Positions 1-9,644 of a DNA stretch of 34,932 nt are shown here, piece by piece (position 1 is the first letter of the stretch; each line of letters opens with the position of its first letter). The stretch spans positions 1-34,932 of the forward strand of contig WFSC01000175.1 in NCBI GenBank assembly GCA_015486185.1, read 5' to 3'. The translations under genes were made by a program, and so were the position numbers. This DNA comes from Bacteroidales bacterium. Its GTDB lineage: Bacteria; Bacteroidota; Bacteroidia; Bacteroidales; VadinHA17. The notes beneath the pieces were generated by a model. It did not search any database and was not told the DNA's origin. It saw nothing but the letters and a program-made list of their open reading frames with translations.

Positions 1-240
1 AAGATGGATCTCATAATAAGGAACGGAGCTGCTGAGCAGGCGTCCGTCAGCAGACAGAATATCTCCCCGGTTGGGCTGGATGGTAAAATCACGAAGTGAC
101 TGCTCGGCAGAAAGTGTGCTGTATTTATTCCCCTGCACTAATTGCAAATAGAGGATCCTGCCAAAGATAAGGACCCCAACCAGCAACATTCCCAGATAAA
201 TAATTGCCACACGCCAGACGATATCTTTTTTCAAAGACAT
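1..240 (-). CDS. ftsI: Penicillin-binding protein FtsI/PBP3, N-terminal part (runs off window start)
   Basis: Manual translation from ATG at 240: MSLKKDIVWRVAIIYLGMLLVGVLIFGRILYLQLVQG...IQPNRGDILSADGRLL. It has a TM anchor and the RG-I---DG-LL motif of class B PBPs, and follows mraZ-rsmH-ftsL. Not in the ORF track. Confidence 0.9.
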   Translation of the reverse strand, partial: MSLKKDIVWRVAIIYLGMLLVGVLIFGRILYLQLVQGNKYSTLSAEQSLRDFTIQPNRGDILSADGRLLSSSVPYYEIHL

Positions 241-244
241 GCTT

Positions 245-625
245 TTATCTCCCTTTTTTATCGACTATAATTTTCCGGGGCGGCACCACCGGCTCTTTCA
301 GTCCCAGATGCTTGTCTTCTATAGATTTTAATACTTGTGTCTTTGTACTCTTGTACATTAATTCTGCTGAAGTAGATATTGACTCCGCCCTCAGTTCCTT
401 TATTTCCTTTTTCAACCGTGTTGTTTCCCTCACAATTTTTTCGGCATGATAACGGTTCCCTATATAAATCATCGCCAAAAAAGTCAGAAATAATATATAC
501 GGTAACTGCTTTGTGATAAGCCGGTTAGTAAGTATCGTCCCGTCAATAAAGGAACGGAATGTTCCCTTTTTCGGAGTTTTACCCTTCGCTTCAACGTCTT
601 CAATAAATTCAACTTGCTTAACCAT
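245..625 (-). CDS. ftsL: FtsL-like cell division protein (Bacteroidota type)
   Basis: One TM (LPYILFLTFLAMIYIGN) then a coiled coil (LKKEIKELRAESISTSAELM), located between rsmH and ftsI. Start taken at ATG 625 to avoid overlap with rsmH. Confidence 0.8.
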   Translation of the reverse strand: MVKQVEFIEDVEAKGKTPKKGTFRSFIDGTILTNRLITKQLPYILFLTFLAMIYIGNRYHAEKIVRETTRLKKEIKELRAESISTSAELMYKSTKTQVLKSIEDKHLGLKEPVVPPRKIIVDKKGR

Positions 626-635
626 AACAAAGCTT

Positions 636-1535
636 CTATATTCTTTCTGCAATTCTAAGTTTTGCACTACGGGATCTCGGATTGCGGATCAGTTCATCCG
701 TTGCCGGTGTAATGACTTTTTTATTTACCATCCGGAAAGGCGGTTGATGCCGTACCAGGGGATTTTCATCCTCTTTGAATGAAGTAAAACCCGTTTTCAT
801 AAAAGTTTTTACCATCCTGTCTTCCAATGAATGATAAGAGATCACCACCAACCGGCCGCCTCTGGCAGTCACCTCAGGTGTTTGTTCCAGCATCTCCCTG
901 AGCGCATCCAACTCTTCATTCACTTCTATTCGCAATGCCTGAAAAATCCGGGCGAGAAATTTTTTGGATCTCCCGCCCCGGGTCATCGGTTTCAGTATAT
1001 CCAGCAGATCTCCCGTGGTGCGGATCACATGTATCTCCCTGCCACGAAGGATCATTCCGACCAAACGTTCCGGATGTCTGATCTCGGCATAATCCCTGAA
1101 TACCCTCTCCAGTTCCGGACCGGTATAACTGTTCAGTATATCCGCAGCAGTTTTTTCCCTGTTTTTGTTCATTCTCATATCCAGTTCAGCATCAACCCTG
1201 AAAGAAAAGCCTCTCTCTTCCATATCAAAATGATGTGAGGACACTCCCAGATCGGCCAGTATTCCGTCCACCTGAGAAATCTCCAGATACCTCAGATTAT
1301 TTTTCAAAAACCTGAAGTTCTGATGTAATACCAGTAAGCGATCATCCTCAGGTTTGTTTGCCATACTGGACTCATCCTGGTCAAAAGCAATCAGACGGCC
1401 TGTATTCAGTTTCGATAAGATAGCCCGTGCATGACCACCCCCGCCAAAAGTAAGGTCCACATAAATTCCGTCCGGCCGTATATTCAACCCGGATATACTT
1501 TCTTCCAACAAAACAGGTATATGATACGAACTCAT
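636..1535 (-). CDS. rsmH: 16S rRNA m4C1402 methyltransferase
   Basis: HIPVLL, DLTFGGGGHA, DLGVSSH, LDMRM, ISYHSLEDR and NPRSRSAKLR motifs. Confidence 0.97.
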   Translation of the reverse strand: MSSYHIPVLLEESISGLNIRPDGIYVDLTFGGGGHARAILSKLNTGRLIAFDQDESSMANKPEDDRLLVLHQNFRFLKNNLRYLEISQVDGILADLGVSSHHFDMEERGFSFRVDAELDMRMNKNREKTAADILNSYTGPELERVFRDYAEIRHPERLVGMILRGREIHVIRTTGDLLDILKPMTRGGRSKKFLARIFQALRIEVNEELDALREMLEQTPEVTARGGRLVVISYHSLEDRMVKTFMKTGFTSFKEDENPLVRHQPPFRMVNKKVITPATDELIRNPRSRSAKLRIAERI

Positions 1536-1999
1536 TCGCCCTTATCTTTTTTCCCATCTCCCATGATTTTCTCTGCAAGCACAGCAAATTCATCTTCAGA
1601 TGCCCCTGCATCACTATAGGTATCTTCTGCCCAAATCTCTATTTTGCTGTCCATTCCTGCCAAAACAGCCGTTTTCCCAATGCCGGCAGCTTCCAGCAAT
1701 CTGCGGGGTATTAACATACGGTTATTCCCATCCAATACAATCTCGGCGGCCCCCCTGTAAAAATTCCGCAGAAAAACATTATGCTCTTTATTGTAAGGAT
1801 TTAATCTACTACGTATTAATTCATTCTGTCTGTCCCATTCTTCCATTGTATAAAGTACCAGACACCGGTCAAAAATATCTTTCTTGATCACAAAACGATC
1901 CTGCATTTCCGGCTTCATCTGTTTCTTCAATGCCGACGGAAAAAGGATCCTTCCCTTATTATCCACTTTGCAATTATACTCGCCTATAAATGTGCTCAT
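1532..1999 (-). CDS. mraZ: Division/cell wall cluster transcriptional repressor MraZ
   Basis: Two SpoVT/AbrB repeats (VDNKGRI, LDGNNRMLIP) and IEIW; first gene of the dcw cluster; start MSTFIGE at 1999. Confidence 0.95.
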   Translation of the reverse strand: MSTFIGEYNCKVDNKGRILFPSALKKQMKPEMQDRFVIKKDIFDRCLVLYTMEEWDRQNELIRSRLNPYNKEHNVFLRNFYRGAAEIVLDGNNRMLIPRRLLEAAGIGKTAVLAGMDSKIEIWAEDTYSDAGASEDEFAVLAEKIMGDGKKDKGE

Positions 2000-2040
2000 A
2001 AGACCCGGAATTTTCAAAAAGTAAAAATAAAGAAAAATTA

Positions 2041-2074
2041 CCACTTTTCACCACTTTCTCCCATTTTTTACCAT
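2041..2074 (-). promoter_or_regulatory. MraZ binding boxes: four (G/A)TGG direct repeats with 10-bp period
   Basis: Plus strand CCAC at 2041 and 2051, CCAT at 2061 and 2071, immediately upstream of mraZ. Confidence 0.75.
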
Positions 2075-2166
2075 ATTGTTAATAACTTTTTTACGATAAA
2101 GTCCGGATTAATCAAATTTTCCTGAAAAGAATCAGTGATCTTACCGTATATTTTCAGATGATTTTT

Positions 2167-2174
2167 TAAATTTG
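2167..2174 (+). promoter_or_regulatory. Bacteroidota primary-sigma -7 box (TAAATTTG)
   Basis: TAnnTTTG consensus about 28 bp upstream of ATG 2202. Confidence 0.55.
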
Positions 2175-2201
2175 ATTTTCTAATAACTCTTACGTTGCCA
2201 A

Positions 2202-3041
2202 ATGAGTGAAAAATCTTTGCTGATAAATGTTGAAAAGGCTATCGGAGACAAAAATCCCCGGTTATTAAAAACTCTTCCCGGTTTTATTATCCGGTATTTG
2301 AAAAAGATCATACATCAGGACGACCTTAATGAGATCATCACACGATATGCTGATAAGGAAGGGCTTGATTTTGTAAGGGGCGCCCTTGAATATATGGGAA
2401 TTACCTACACGGTGGAAGGGTTGGAAAACATTCCTGAAAAGGGAAGGTTTCTTTTTGTTTCCAACCATCCGCTGGGAGGATTGGATGGCATGGTTTTTAT
2501 TGAGGTGGTAGGTGAAAAATTCCGGGACGTTAAATTTCCGGTCAATGATTTTCTTCTGAATATAAAGAATCTGGATCCTATTTTTCTGCCGATCAACAAA
2601 CACGGTTCCCAGAGCAGGGATGCGGTACGGGCTATTGAAGAAGCGTATGCCTCCGATGCTCAGATCCTGTATTTTCCTGCAGGCTTATGTTCAAGAAAGA
2701 TCAGGGGAAAAATCATCGATCTGGAATGGAAAAAACACTTTATCTCCAAAGCCATTGAATATAAAAGAGATATCGTTCCCGTATATTTTTCAGGAAAAAA
2801 TTCCGGCTTTTTTTACAACCTGGCTAATCTGCGTGTTTTCCTTGGGATAAAAAGCAATATAGAAATGATCTATCTGCCAAATGAGATGTTCAAACAACGG
2901 GGCAAGAAACTGATCCTGAAAGTGGGGGAAACGATTCCCTGGACTTTGTTTGACAAAACGCGTACTGCAAAAGAATGGGCGGATTATGTAAAGAATATTG
3001 TTTATTCTATAGGTAGTACTCTCAATAAAACAAACCATTAA
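2202..3041 (+). CDS. PlsC-superfamily acyltransferase, GlsA/OlsA-like O-acyltransferase
   Basis: NHPLGGLDG (HxxxxD) and YFPAG motifs; paired with a downstream GNAT. Confidence 0.8.
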   Translation: MSEKSLLINVEKAIGDKNPRLLKTLPGFIIRYLKKIIHQDDLNEIITRYADKEGLDFVRGALEYMGITYTVEGLENIPEKGRFLFVSNHPLGGLDGMVFIEVVGEKFRDVKFPVNDFLLNIKNLDPIFLPINKHGSQSRDAVRAIEEAYASDAQILYFPAGLCSRKIRGKIIDLEWKKHFISKAIEYKRDIVPVYFSGKNSGFFYNLANLRVFLGIKSNIEMIYLPNEMFKQRGKKLILKVGETIPWTLFDKTRTAKEWADYVKNIVYSIGSTLNKTNH

Positions 3042-3062
3042 ATTTGTAAAAATTTACCGGCT

Positions 3063-3995
3063 ATGGAAGATGTTATTCCTCCCGTACCTAAAGAGTTGAT
3101 CTTAGAAGAGCTCACGCCTGACAAGTACATCAGGAAGACAAACAAAGGGTATAATGAAGTATATATCTTCACCTATAAGGATTCTCCCAATCTTATGCGG
3201 GAGTTGGGGCGGCTCAGGGAGATCAGTTTCCGGGAAGCCGGTGGGGGTACGGGAAAAAGTCTGGATATTGATGAATTTGATTTGGGGGATCACCCTTATA
3301 AACAGTTGATTGTATGGGATCCGTCAGCAAAGGAGATCATTGGAGGATACCGCTTTTTCATTTGTCACAGAAATACGGATCCTGCACGTTTGGCCACCTC
3401 ACACCTATTCCGGTTCAGTGACAAATTTTTAAAGGAATACATGCCTCACCTTGTAGAACTGGGGCGTTCTTTTGTACAACCGGAATATCAACGGACCGGG
3501 GCACACGCCAAAAAGGGTATTTTTGCTCTCGACAACCTCTGGGATGGTTTGGGAGCAGTTGTCATAGACAATCCCGGTGTAAAATATTTTTTTGGTAAAA
3601 TGACCATGTATCCCCATTTTCAAAAAAAGGCCCGTGATCTGATCCTGTACTTTCTTGACCGGTACTTTGGGGACAGGGAAGATCTTGTTATTCCGATCCA
3701 CCCGATGCAGCCTGAATATGACAAAAAAGAAATGGATGCCTTGTTTTCCGGCAATAATTACCTGGAGAACTATAAGATCCTTTCCCAGCAGGTAAGGCAA
3801 CTGGGAGAAAATATCCCTCCCCTTTTCAACTCCTACATGAACCTGTCGCCCACTATGAAGATTTTTGGCACGGTCATTAACTACGAATTCGGAGATGTGG
3901 AAGAGACCGGATTAATGATCACAATAAAAGACCTGTATCTGGATAAGGTAACGCGACATCTCTCTTCGTATAACGAAGATTTCAGACTGGATTAA
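3063..3995 (+). CDS. GNAT N-acyltransferase, GlsB/OlsB-like (amino-acid lipid synthesis; often annotated 'hemolysin')
   Basis: LMRELGRLREISFR, DIDEFD, VELGRSFV and IPPLFNSYM motifs of the OlsB/GlsB-like family; a TAAATTTG box at 3039-3046 overlaps the upstream stop codon. Confidence 0.8.
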   Translation: MEDVIPPVPKELILEELTPDKYIRKTNKGYNEVYIFTYKDSPNLMRELGRLREISFREAGGGTGKSLDIDEFDLGDHPYKQLIVWDPSAKEIIGGYRFFICHRNTDPARLATSHLFRFSDKFLKEYMPHLVELGRSFVQPEYQRTGAHAKKGIFALDNLWDGLGAVVIDNPGVKYFFGKMTMYPHFQKKARDLILYFLDRYFGDREDLVIPIHPMQPEYDKKEMDALFSGNNYLENYKILSQQVRQLGENIPPLFNSYMNLSPTMKIFGTVINYEFGDVEETGLMITIKDLYLDKVTRHLSSYNEDFRLD

Positions 3996-4004
3996 AAGCA
4001 GTAC

Positions 4005-5903
4005 TTAATAGGCCCTTTCATCCCGGCCTTCAATATAGTTAATGAACGACCGGTTCACCACCCTGTTTCCACCCGGGGTAGGATAATCGCCTGTAAAATA
4101 CCAGTCTCCCCGGTGCCGGGGACAAGCTTTATGCAGGTTTTCTATGGTTTGATAAACAATTTTTACATCTGCTCTAACTTCCTGTGTCTTCAGCATAGAA
4201 GCAATTTTATCTGAAATCTCTTCAGGGGTAAAAGGATGATATATTTCTTTTACATAGTTAGGGATCCGCTTTCTTGGCAATTTATCCTGGTCTCTGGCTT
4301 TCAGATATACATGATTAATAATATTTTCTTTCCCGGTTTCTTTCAACAGTTCAATAGCAGCTCTGAAAGCAATAAAATCAGAAAGTTTTGCCATATCGAT
4401 TCCATAACAATCAGGATATCTAATCTGGGGAGAAGAGGATACTATAATAATTTTTCTGGGGTTGAGCCGGTCGAGTATGCGGATAATGCTTTCACGCAAG
4501 GTAGTACCCCTGACAATGGAATCATCAATGACTACCAGATTGTCTTTTCCATTCCGGACAATACCATAGGTAACATCATACACATGGCCGACCATATCTT
4601 TCCGGCCGGCATCCCGGGCAATAAAAGTACGTAGTTTGATATCTTTAATGGCCACCTTTTCCACCCTCGGGCGCATTTTCATGATATTTTCCACTTCGTT
4701 TTGATCCAGCGGCAAAGGGAGTTGCATGATCCGCTGTACTTTTTCTTTATTCAGCTCATTTTCCACCCCTTTGATCATTCCATAAAATGCTGACTCAGCC
4801 GTATTTGGGATATAGGAAAAAACCGTATTCTCCAGATCATTATTCAGCACTTTCAGGATAGGCGGCACCAACAGCTCACCGAGTTTTTTTCGTTCTTTAT
4901 AAATATCCGCATCACTGCCACGAGAAAAATAAATGCGTTCGAAAGAGCACGATCTGACCTGATCAACCTCACGTATCTGTTCAAAACGGGTTTTACCATT
5001 TCTTTTAATAATCAAAGCCTGTCCCGGGGGGATTTCCTTCACTTCTTCGTAGTGAACGTTCAATGCGGTCTGAATGACAGGCCGTTCGGATGCACTTACG
5101 ACAATATCATCATCTTCATAATAGAATGCAGGTCGTATTCCCCAGGGATCCCGAAGCACAAAGGCATCTCCATGCCCTATCATCCCGGTGATCACATATC
5201 CTCCATCCCAATGTTTACTGGCCCTTTTAAGGATATTTGCCACATCGAGATGTTCTTCAATCAAACCGGATATATCCCGGTTATCATACCCTTCATCCTT
5301 GAATTTTCTGAACAAATTCTCATTCTCTTCATCTAAAAAATGACCTACATTTTCGAGAACGGTCACCGTATCGGAAATATCCTTTGGTGTCTGTCCTATA
5401 GCCAGGAGGCTCTGGAACAATTCATCCGTATTGGTCATATTGAAATTCCCGGCCAGTACAAGATTACGTGATCTCCAGTTATTTTCACGCATGACAGGAT
5501 GAACATGTTCAATATTGTTTTTTCCAAAGGTACCATACCGCAGGTGCCCCATATATAATTCACCGGCAAAGGGAATGTTTTCCTTAGCCCAGACCGGATC
5601 ATTAATTAATTCAACAGAATGATTTTTTGCAGTAAGTTTCTTATTGATCCTGGAAAAAACCGCCTGAATAGGATTGTCTGCATTGGAACGGTATCTGTAT
5701 AGATATTTTTTACCGGGATCCATATCCATTTTTAAACATACAGCACCTGCCCCGTCCTGTCCCCTGTTATGTTGTTTTTCCATCAACAGATACAACTTGG
5801 TCAGGCCATATTGCCAGGTACCATAATTAATCCGGTAATATTCGAGACTTTTTTTTAGACGAATCAGCGCGATCCCGCATTCATGTTGAATTGCATCACT
5901 CAT
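4005..5903 (-). CDS. purF: Amidophosphoribosyltransferase (long Bacteroidota form)
   Basis: N-terminal HECGI (Ntn Cys), HNRGQDGAG, GHLRYGT, PRPP-binding VIDDSIVRGTT and CYGID; -7 box TATTTTTG at 5938-5945. Confidence 0.9.
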   Translation of the reverse strand: MSDAIQHECGIALIRLKKSLEYYRINYGTWQYGLTKLYLLMEKQHNRGQDGAGAVCLKMDMDPGKKYLYRYRSNADNPIQAVFSRINKKLTAKNHSVELINDPVWAKENIPFAGELYMGHLRYGTFGKNNIEHVHPVMRENNWRSRNLVLAGNFNMTNTDELFQSLLAIGQTPKDISDTVTVLENVGHFLDEENENLFRKFKDEGYDNRDISGLIEEHLDVANILKRASKHWDGGYVITGMIGHGDAFVLRDPWGIRPAFYYEDDDIVVSASERPVIQTALNVHYEEVKEIPPGQALIIKRNGKTRFEQIREVDQVRSCSFERIYFSRGSDADIYKERKKLGELLVPPILKVLNNDLENTVFSYIPNTAESAFYGMIKGVENELNKEKVQRIMQLPLPLDQNEVENIMKMRPRVEKVAIKDIKLRTFIARDAGRKDMVGHVYDVTYGIVRNGKDNLVVIDDSIVRGTTLRESIIRILDRLNPRKIIIVSSSPQIRYPDCYGIDMAKLSDFIAFRAAIELLKETGKENIINHVYLKARDQDKLPRKRIPNYVKEIYHPFTPEEISDKIASMLKTQEVRADVKIVYQTIENLHKACPRHRGDWYFTGDYPTPGGNRVVNRSFINYIEGRDERAY

Positions 5904-5964
5904 AACAAGCCCCTTTTTGATCGGTCGGATAATGGCTCAAAAATAGGTATAATAATCCAATGTC

Positions 5965-6423
5965 TCAGTTTAAATCAGGAAATCTGACAATATCATTTAC
6001 AATAAAAGCAGTTGGATATTTGTTCTTGATTTGATGATACACTTTCAATGCATCTCTTTTTAGAACAAAATCTCCTATTCTGACCTTATAAAAGGGAGAC
6101 TGATACAAAATATACACGGGATAACCGGGATAAGCAGACAGAAAATCAGCTTTTGCACGAATTGCCTGGTTTCTGGCACCAGGGCCGGAATTGAACAGGA
6201 TTTGTATCCTGTAACCATCCACTCCGTTTTTTCTTTTATTTTGACTGATCTGTCTTTTCAATATATCAGTTACCCGTGCATCCTGTTTCACGGTAATAGT
6301 TCCTGTTTTCCATACATTTTCATGGGTATCAGGTAATTCCTGTGCATAGGATGCAGGCCACCAGACCAAAGCAGCCAAAAATAAAAAAACGGAAAAGCTT
6401 ATGCCGGACTTAAAACCTTGCAT
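5965..6423 (-). CDS. SPOR-domain periplasmic protein
   Basis: Signal peptide; GYRIQI...YKVRIGDF...AFIV SPOR pattern. Confidence 0.85.
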   Translation of the reverse strand: MQGFKSGISFSVFLFLAALVWWPASYAQELPDTHENVWKTGTITVKQDARVTDILKRQISQNKRKNGVDGYRIQILFNSGPGARNQAIRAKADFLSAYPGYPVYILYQSPFYKVRIGDFVLKRDALKVYHQIKNKYPTAFIVNDIVRFPDLN

Positions 6424-7252
6424 AGGACGGATGGATACTAAGTACCGGTATCGGTGAATGATTTACCATTTCCTGGGCTTCGTTGCTCAGATACAATCTC
6501 ATAGGGTTTCCACGGTGATTACTGACCATGGAAATAAGCTGTGCATCCACATGGACAGCATAGGTAAAAGTCAGCTCGGCAATATCACTTCCCTTGAACG
6601 AATCCCTCACGGTTTTGACGTTTCTTTTTTCGAGATAGTCTGCCGATTGATCGGCATATCTGTTCAGGCGGGCAATTACATCCTTATTATTGGTTTCACG
6701 CACATCAATAACATGAACTTCGGCCTTTAATGCCAGGGCCAGATCACAGGTAAAAGGCACCTTTACCCGTGTATCCATGCGTGCATCAATAGGTAGTACG
6801 ATCTTTTTGATCGTTTTTTTCCGGAAACCGTGACGTATGGTCATAACCGGACAGGGAGCCTTACAGACTACCCGATAGGCATTACTTCCGACCCAGAATT
6901 CTTCAAAACCCGAAACGCCATGTGTCCCCATAATGATCATAAGGGTATGATCTTTTTCAGCCTGGTCCGTTATTCCCTTGTATATGCGTCCCTCACGGAT
7001 CACATAGTCGAAAGTGCCTCCTCCTTTGTATTTGGATTTATAATCCGAAATGATCCCTTCACAAAATTCTTCCGTTGTTTTACCGTATGCTTTATCCTTT
7101 CCCTCAAGAATAAAAGGAGTATCATAATTTTTATCCTTTCGTACATGGATAATACGTAAGCTCTTTTTTAAAACATTTGCTAAATAGATCGCATGCTCCA
7201 GAGCATTTATAGAGCCTTTGGAAAAATCGACAGGGACAAGTATGTTTTGCAT
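6410..7252 (-). CDS. Tandem-domain universal stress protein
   Basis: NILVPVDFS, IMGTHGVSG...GSNAYRVV...CPV and a second domain KIVLPID...IPVLSI; -7 box at 7284-7291. Confidence 0.92.
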   Translation of the reverse strand: MQNILVPVDFSKGSINALEHAIYLANVLKKSLRIIHVRKDKNYDTPFILEGKDKAYGKTTEEFCEGIISDYKSKYKGGGTFDYVIREGRIYKGITDQAEKDHTLMIIMGTHGVSGFEEFWVGSNAYRVVCKAPCPVMTIRHGFRKKTIKKIVLPIDARMDTRVKVPFTCDLALALKAEVHVIDVRETNNKDVIARLNRYADQSADYLEKRNVKTVRDSFKGSDIAELTFTYAVHVDAQLISMVSNHRGNPMRLYLSNEAQEMVNHSPIPVLSIHPSYARF

Positions 7253-7324
7253 AATGATGGAATTTAATTGTTTGGTCAGCTATCAAAAATAGAAAATAGT
7301 TTTTACAAAATCAAGATATAGCCA

Positions 7325-7804
7325 TTATCTGAAAACCGGCACCTCCTGTTTTTCGTCAAAATGTATCTTTTTTATTATAATTCCCGATCGTATATATAAT
7401 ATTCCTCTCATTTCCAGTTTAAGTCGTCTTCCGTGGAACACCGAATTCAACAGGATCCTGCCGATTTTCCCCGGATTTTCATGAGAGACTTTTACCGGTA
7501 CCTTATACTCTTTTTCACTATCGGGCATAATAGTCACTTTTTCCTGCGTAGTAACCGTCCCGATTTTTTCAGATTCAACAAATACATCCGAAGACAATTT
7601 TCTTACAACGATCTTATGTGTTGTATTGTTTTCCATGTACATTTTAACATCGAGTAAAAAAAAACCATTATGAATTTCCCTGACCGTAATACCGGATACT
7701 TTTCCGGGCCTTACATCTATGTTTTCAGAACAACCGGTTATTATCAGGCCAAGGAAAAGAAGATACAAAAAAGTTTTTTCTATAGGTTTCAGCACGTTAA
7801 TCAT
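7325..7804 (-). CDS. LEA_2/WHy-domain putative lipoprotein
   Basis: Lipobox-like LIITGC; beta-rich LDVKMYMENNT...VFVESEKIG...VPV pattern. Confidence 0.6.
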   Translation of the reverse strand: MINVLKPIEKTFLYLLFLGLIITGCSENIDVRPGKVSGITVREIHNGFFLLDVKMYMENNTTHKIVVRKLSSDVFVESEKIGTVTTQEKVTIMPDSEKEYKVPVKVSHENPGKIGRILLNSVFHGRRLKLEMRGILYIRSGIIIKKIHFDEKQEVPVFR

Positions 7805-8547
7805 TCTTCTTCCAATGCCTGCATTAGCTCGTCGGTCATCTCCAGGTTATGATAAACATTTTGAACATCATCATCTTCTTCAAAATCTTCTACCAGCTTA
7901 AGGACTTTCATCGCTTCATCAACTTCAAGTTTTTTTGTGGTAATCGGAACACGCTCCAATTCGGCATTCTCTGCCTGAACGCCCATTTCATCAAGTTTCT
8001 TCTGGATATTTCCAAAATCTTCGAGCGGGCAGGTCACCACCAGTGTATCCCCCTCATTTTCTATCTCTTCTGCTCCCGCATCAATCAGTTCCAGCTCAAA
8101 TTCTTCGGGATCAATATCCCCTTTGGGAATGGTAAACACGCCTTTTCTTTCAAAAACATATTTTAATGAGCCGTTGGTACCCAGACTGCCTCCCCGCTTG
8201 GTAAACAGTGACCGTATATTACTGACTGTCCGGTTTTTATTGTCAGTAAGACATTCAATGAATATGCCCACACCATGCGGGGCATATCCTTCAAAAGTAA
8301 TTTCCTGGAAATTAGCCCCGTCAGCAGAAGCCTTGGATATAGCCCGTTCAATATTGTCTTTGGGCATATTGGCCCCTTTTGCATTCTGTATAGCCAGCCT
8401 GAGCCTGGGATTGGAAGAAGGATCAGGCCCTCCTTCACGTGTAGCTATCTGAATTTCTTTTACCAGTTTTGAGAAAATTTTTGACCGTTTGGCATCCAGG
8501 GCACCTTTTTTCCTTTTTATGGTTGACCATTTACTATGTCCTGACAT
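7801..8547 (-). CDS. YebC/PmpR family protein
   Basis: MSGHSKWSTIKRKK, TFEGYAPHG, TDNKNRT and DDDVQNVYHN; start at 8547; -7 box at 8569-8576. Confidence 0.96.
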   Translation of the reverse strand: MSGHSKWSTIKRKKGALDAKRSKIFSKLVKEIQIATREGGPDPSSNPRLRLAIQNAKGANMPKDNIERAISKASADGANFQEITFEGYAPHGVGIFIECLTDNKNRTVSNIRSLFTKRGGSLGTNGSLKYVFERKGVFTIPKGDIDPEEFELELIDAGAEEIENEGDTLVVTCPLEDFGNIQKKLDEMGVQAENAELERVPITTKKLEVDEAMKVLKLVEDFEEDDDVQNVYHNLEMTDELMQALEEE

Positions 8548-8591
8548 AATATTCCATTTAAGTTTCGACAAAAATACAAAAAACAGCCAAT

Positions 8592-8621
8592 AAAAAAGCC
8601 CCGGGTTTTTCGGGGCTTTTT
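8592..8621. terminator. Intrinsic terminator
   Basis: AAAAAAGCCCCG-GGTTTTT-CGGGGCTTTTT directly after the stop of the 8623-9543 gene. Confidence 0.85.
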
Positions 8622-8622
8622 C

Positions 8623-9543
8623 TTAAAAGTTAACTACAAAATCCAAAAAGGGAATTCCCAAAAATATAGTTTTGGAAATATCTTTGTTATTAATAAAAGC
8701 GAGATCGATAGAATTCTTCTCCCCTAAAAACCGGATGCCATAAGAAAAGATACCATAATAAGATTGGTTTCCTCCGACATCAGGTAGAAACCAGTTCTCA
8801 GTAACAAAAGCAATCCGTCTGGAAACCCTGGCCATCCCGGCAAGAGTAATAACCGGCTTCTTTGCAAAGTCCTTATTTACAAATCCCCATCCCAGTCCTC
8901 CTGTAACATTCAGATTGGTCGTACCATATGTGGCAAATCCGTTTAACACACCAAGACCGGTAAAACTGGCATTGTCATCATTTGAATGATTAAAATAATT
9001 TACATACAAGATATTACCCCCGGCATAAAGATTCTTATAAACCTTTGTGCTCATTTTGGGATTCAGATAAAATACATAAGGAGCCTCTTTGTCCTTGGAT
9101 AATAAGGAAAACAACTCAAAACCTCCGGATAAATCCATAAAGTTCAGCGGAGCATAACTAAAGGAATTAAAAAAGACCCATACATTCTGATAGGTGGCCA
9201 TCTTTTTAGGTTTCGGAATGGCTGAGTAACCCACAAGATATTTGTATGGATTGGGATTATCAAACCAAACCTTTCCTTCCTTTTTTATGTTTACACCGGA
9301 GACTTTTTTTATGGATTTTATCTTGCTTCTTTCAATGCTTACCTGTCCCATTGAAGCAGATTCAATAGTAAGTTTGCTTTCATTCATAGAAACCAGTTTT
9401 CCTGTTACCTGTGAACCATCCTGCATTGTTATCAGCAGTAAAGTCCCGGGCGAATATACAGCTTTTTGTTGAGCCTGACTATTTTCTGTTTGTAACAAAA
9501 ATAAGCCGGCAAAAACCATTGCAAAAAGAATAAATTTTTTCAT
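8623..9543 (-). CDS. Hypothetical exported protein, probable outer-membrane beta-barrel
   Basis: Signal peptide MKKFILFAMVFAGLFLLQ..SQA, alternating beta strands and C-terminal FLDFVVNF. Confidence 0.7.
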   Translation of the reverse strand: MKKFILFAMVFAGLFLLQTENSQAQQKAVYSPGTLLLITMQDGSQVTGKLVSMNESKLTIESASMGQVSIERSKIKSIKKVSGVNIKKEGKVWFDNPNPYKYLVGYSAIPKPKKMATYQNVWVFFNSFSYAPLNFMDLSGGFELFSLLSKDKEAPYVFYLNPKMSTKVYKNLYAGGNILYVNYFNHSNDDNASFTGLGVLNGFATYGTTNLNVTGGLGWGFVNKDFAKKPVITLAGMARVSRRIAFVTENWFLPDVGGNQSYYGIFSYGIRFLGEKNSIDLAFINNKDISKTIFLGIPFLDFVVNF

Positions 9544-9644
9544 CGTTTTTATATTATATTTGGCTATTACAAACATGAACTTTTACGTCTTTATCTTAAA
9601 AAAGTTTCGGAAAACACTGATAAACAAACATTTTCTTTCAATTG

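Noticed and set aside
4005-5903. Unusually long PurF (632 aa)
   Set aside because: As far as I know, this length and the MSDxxxHECG start are normal for the Bacteroidota form
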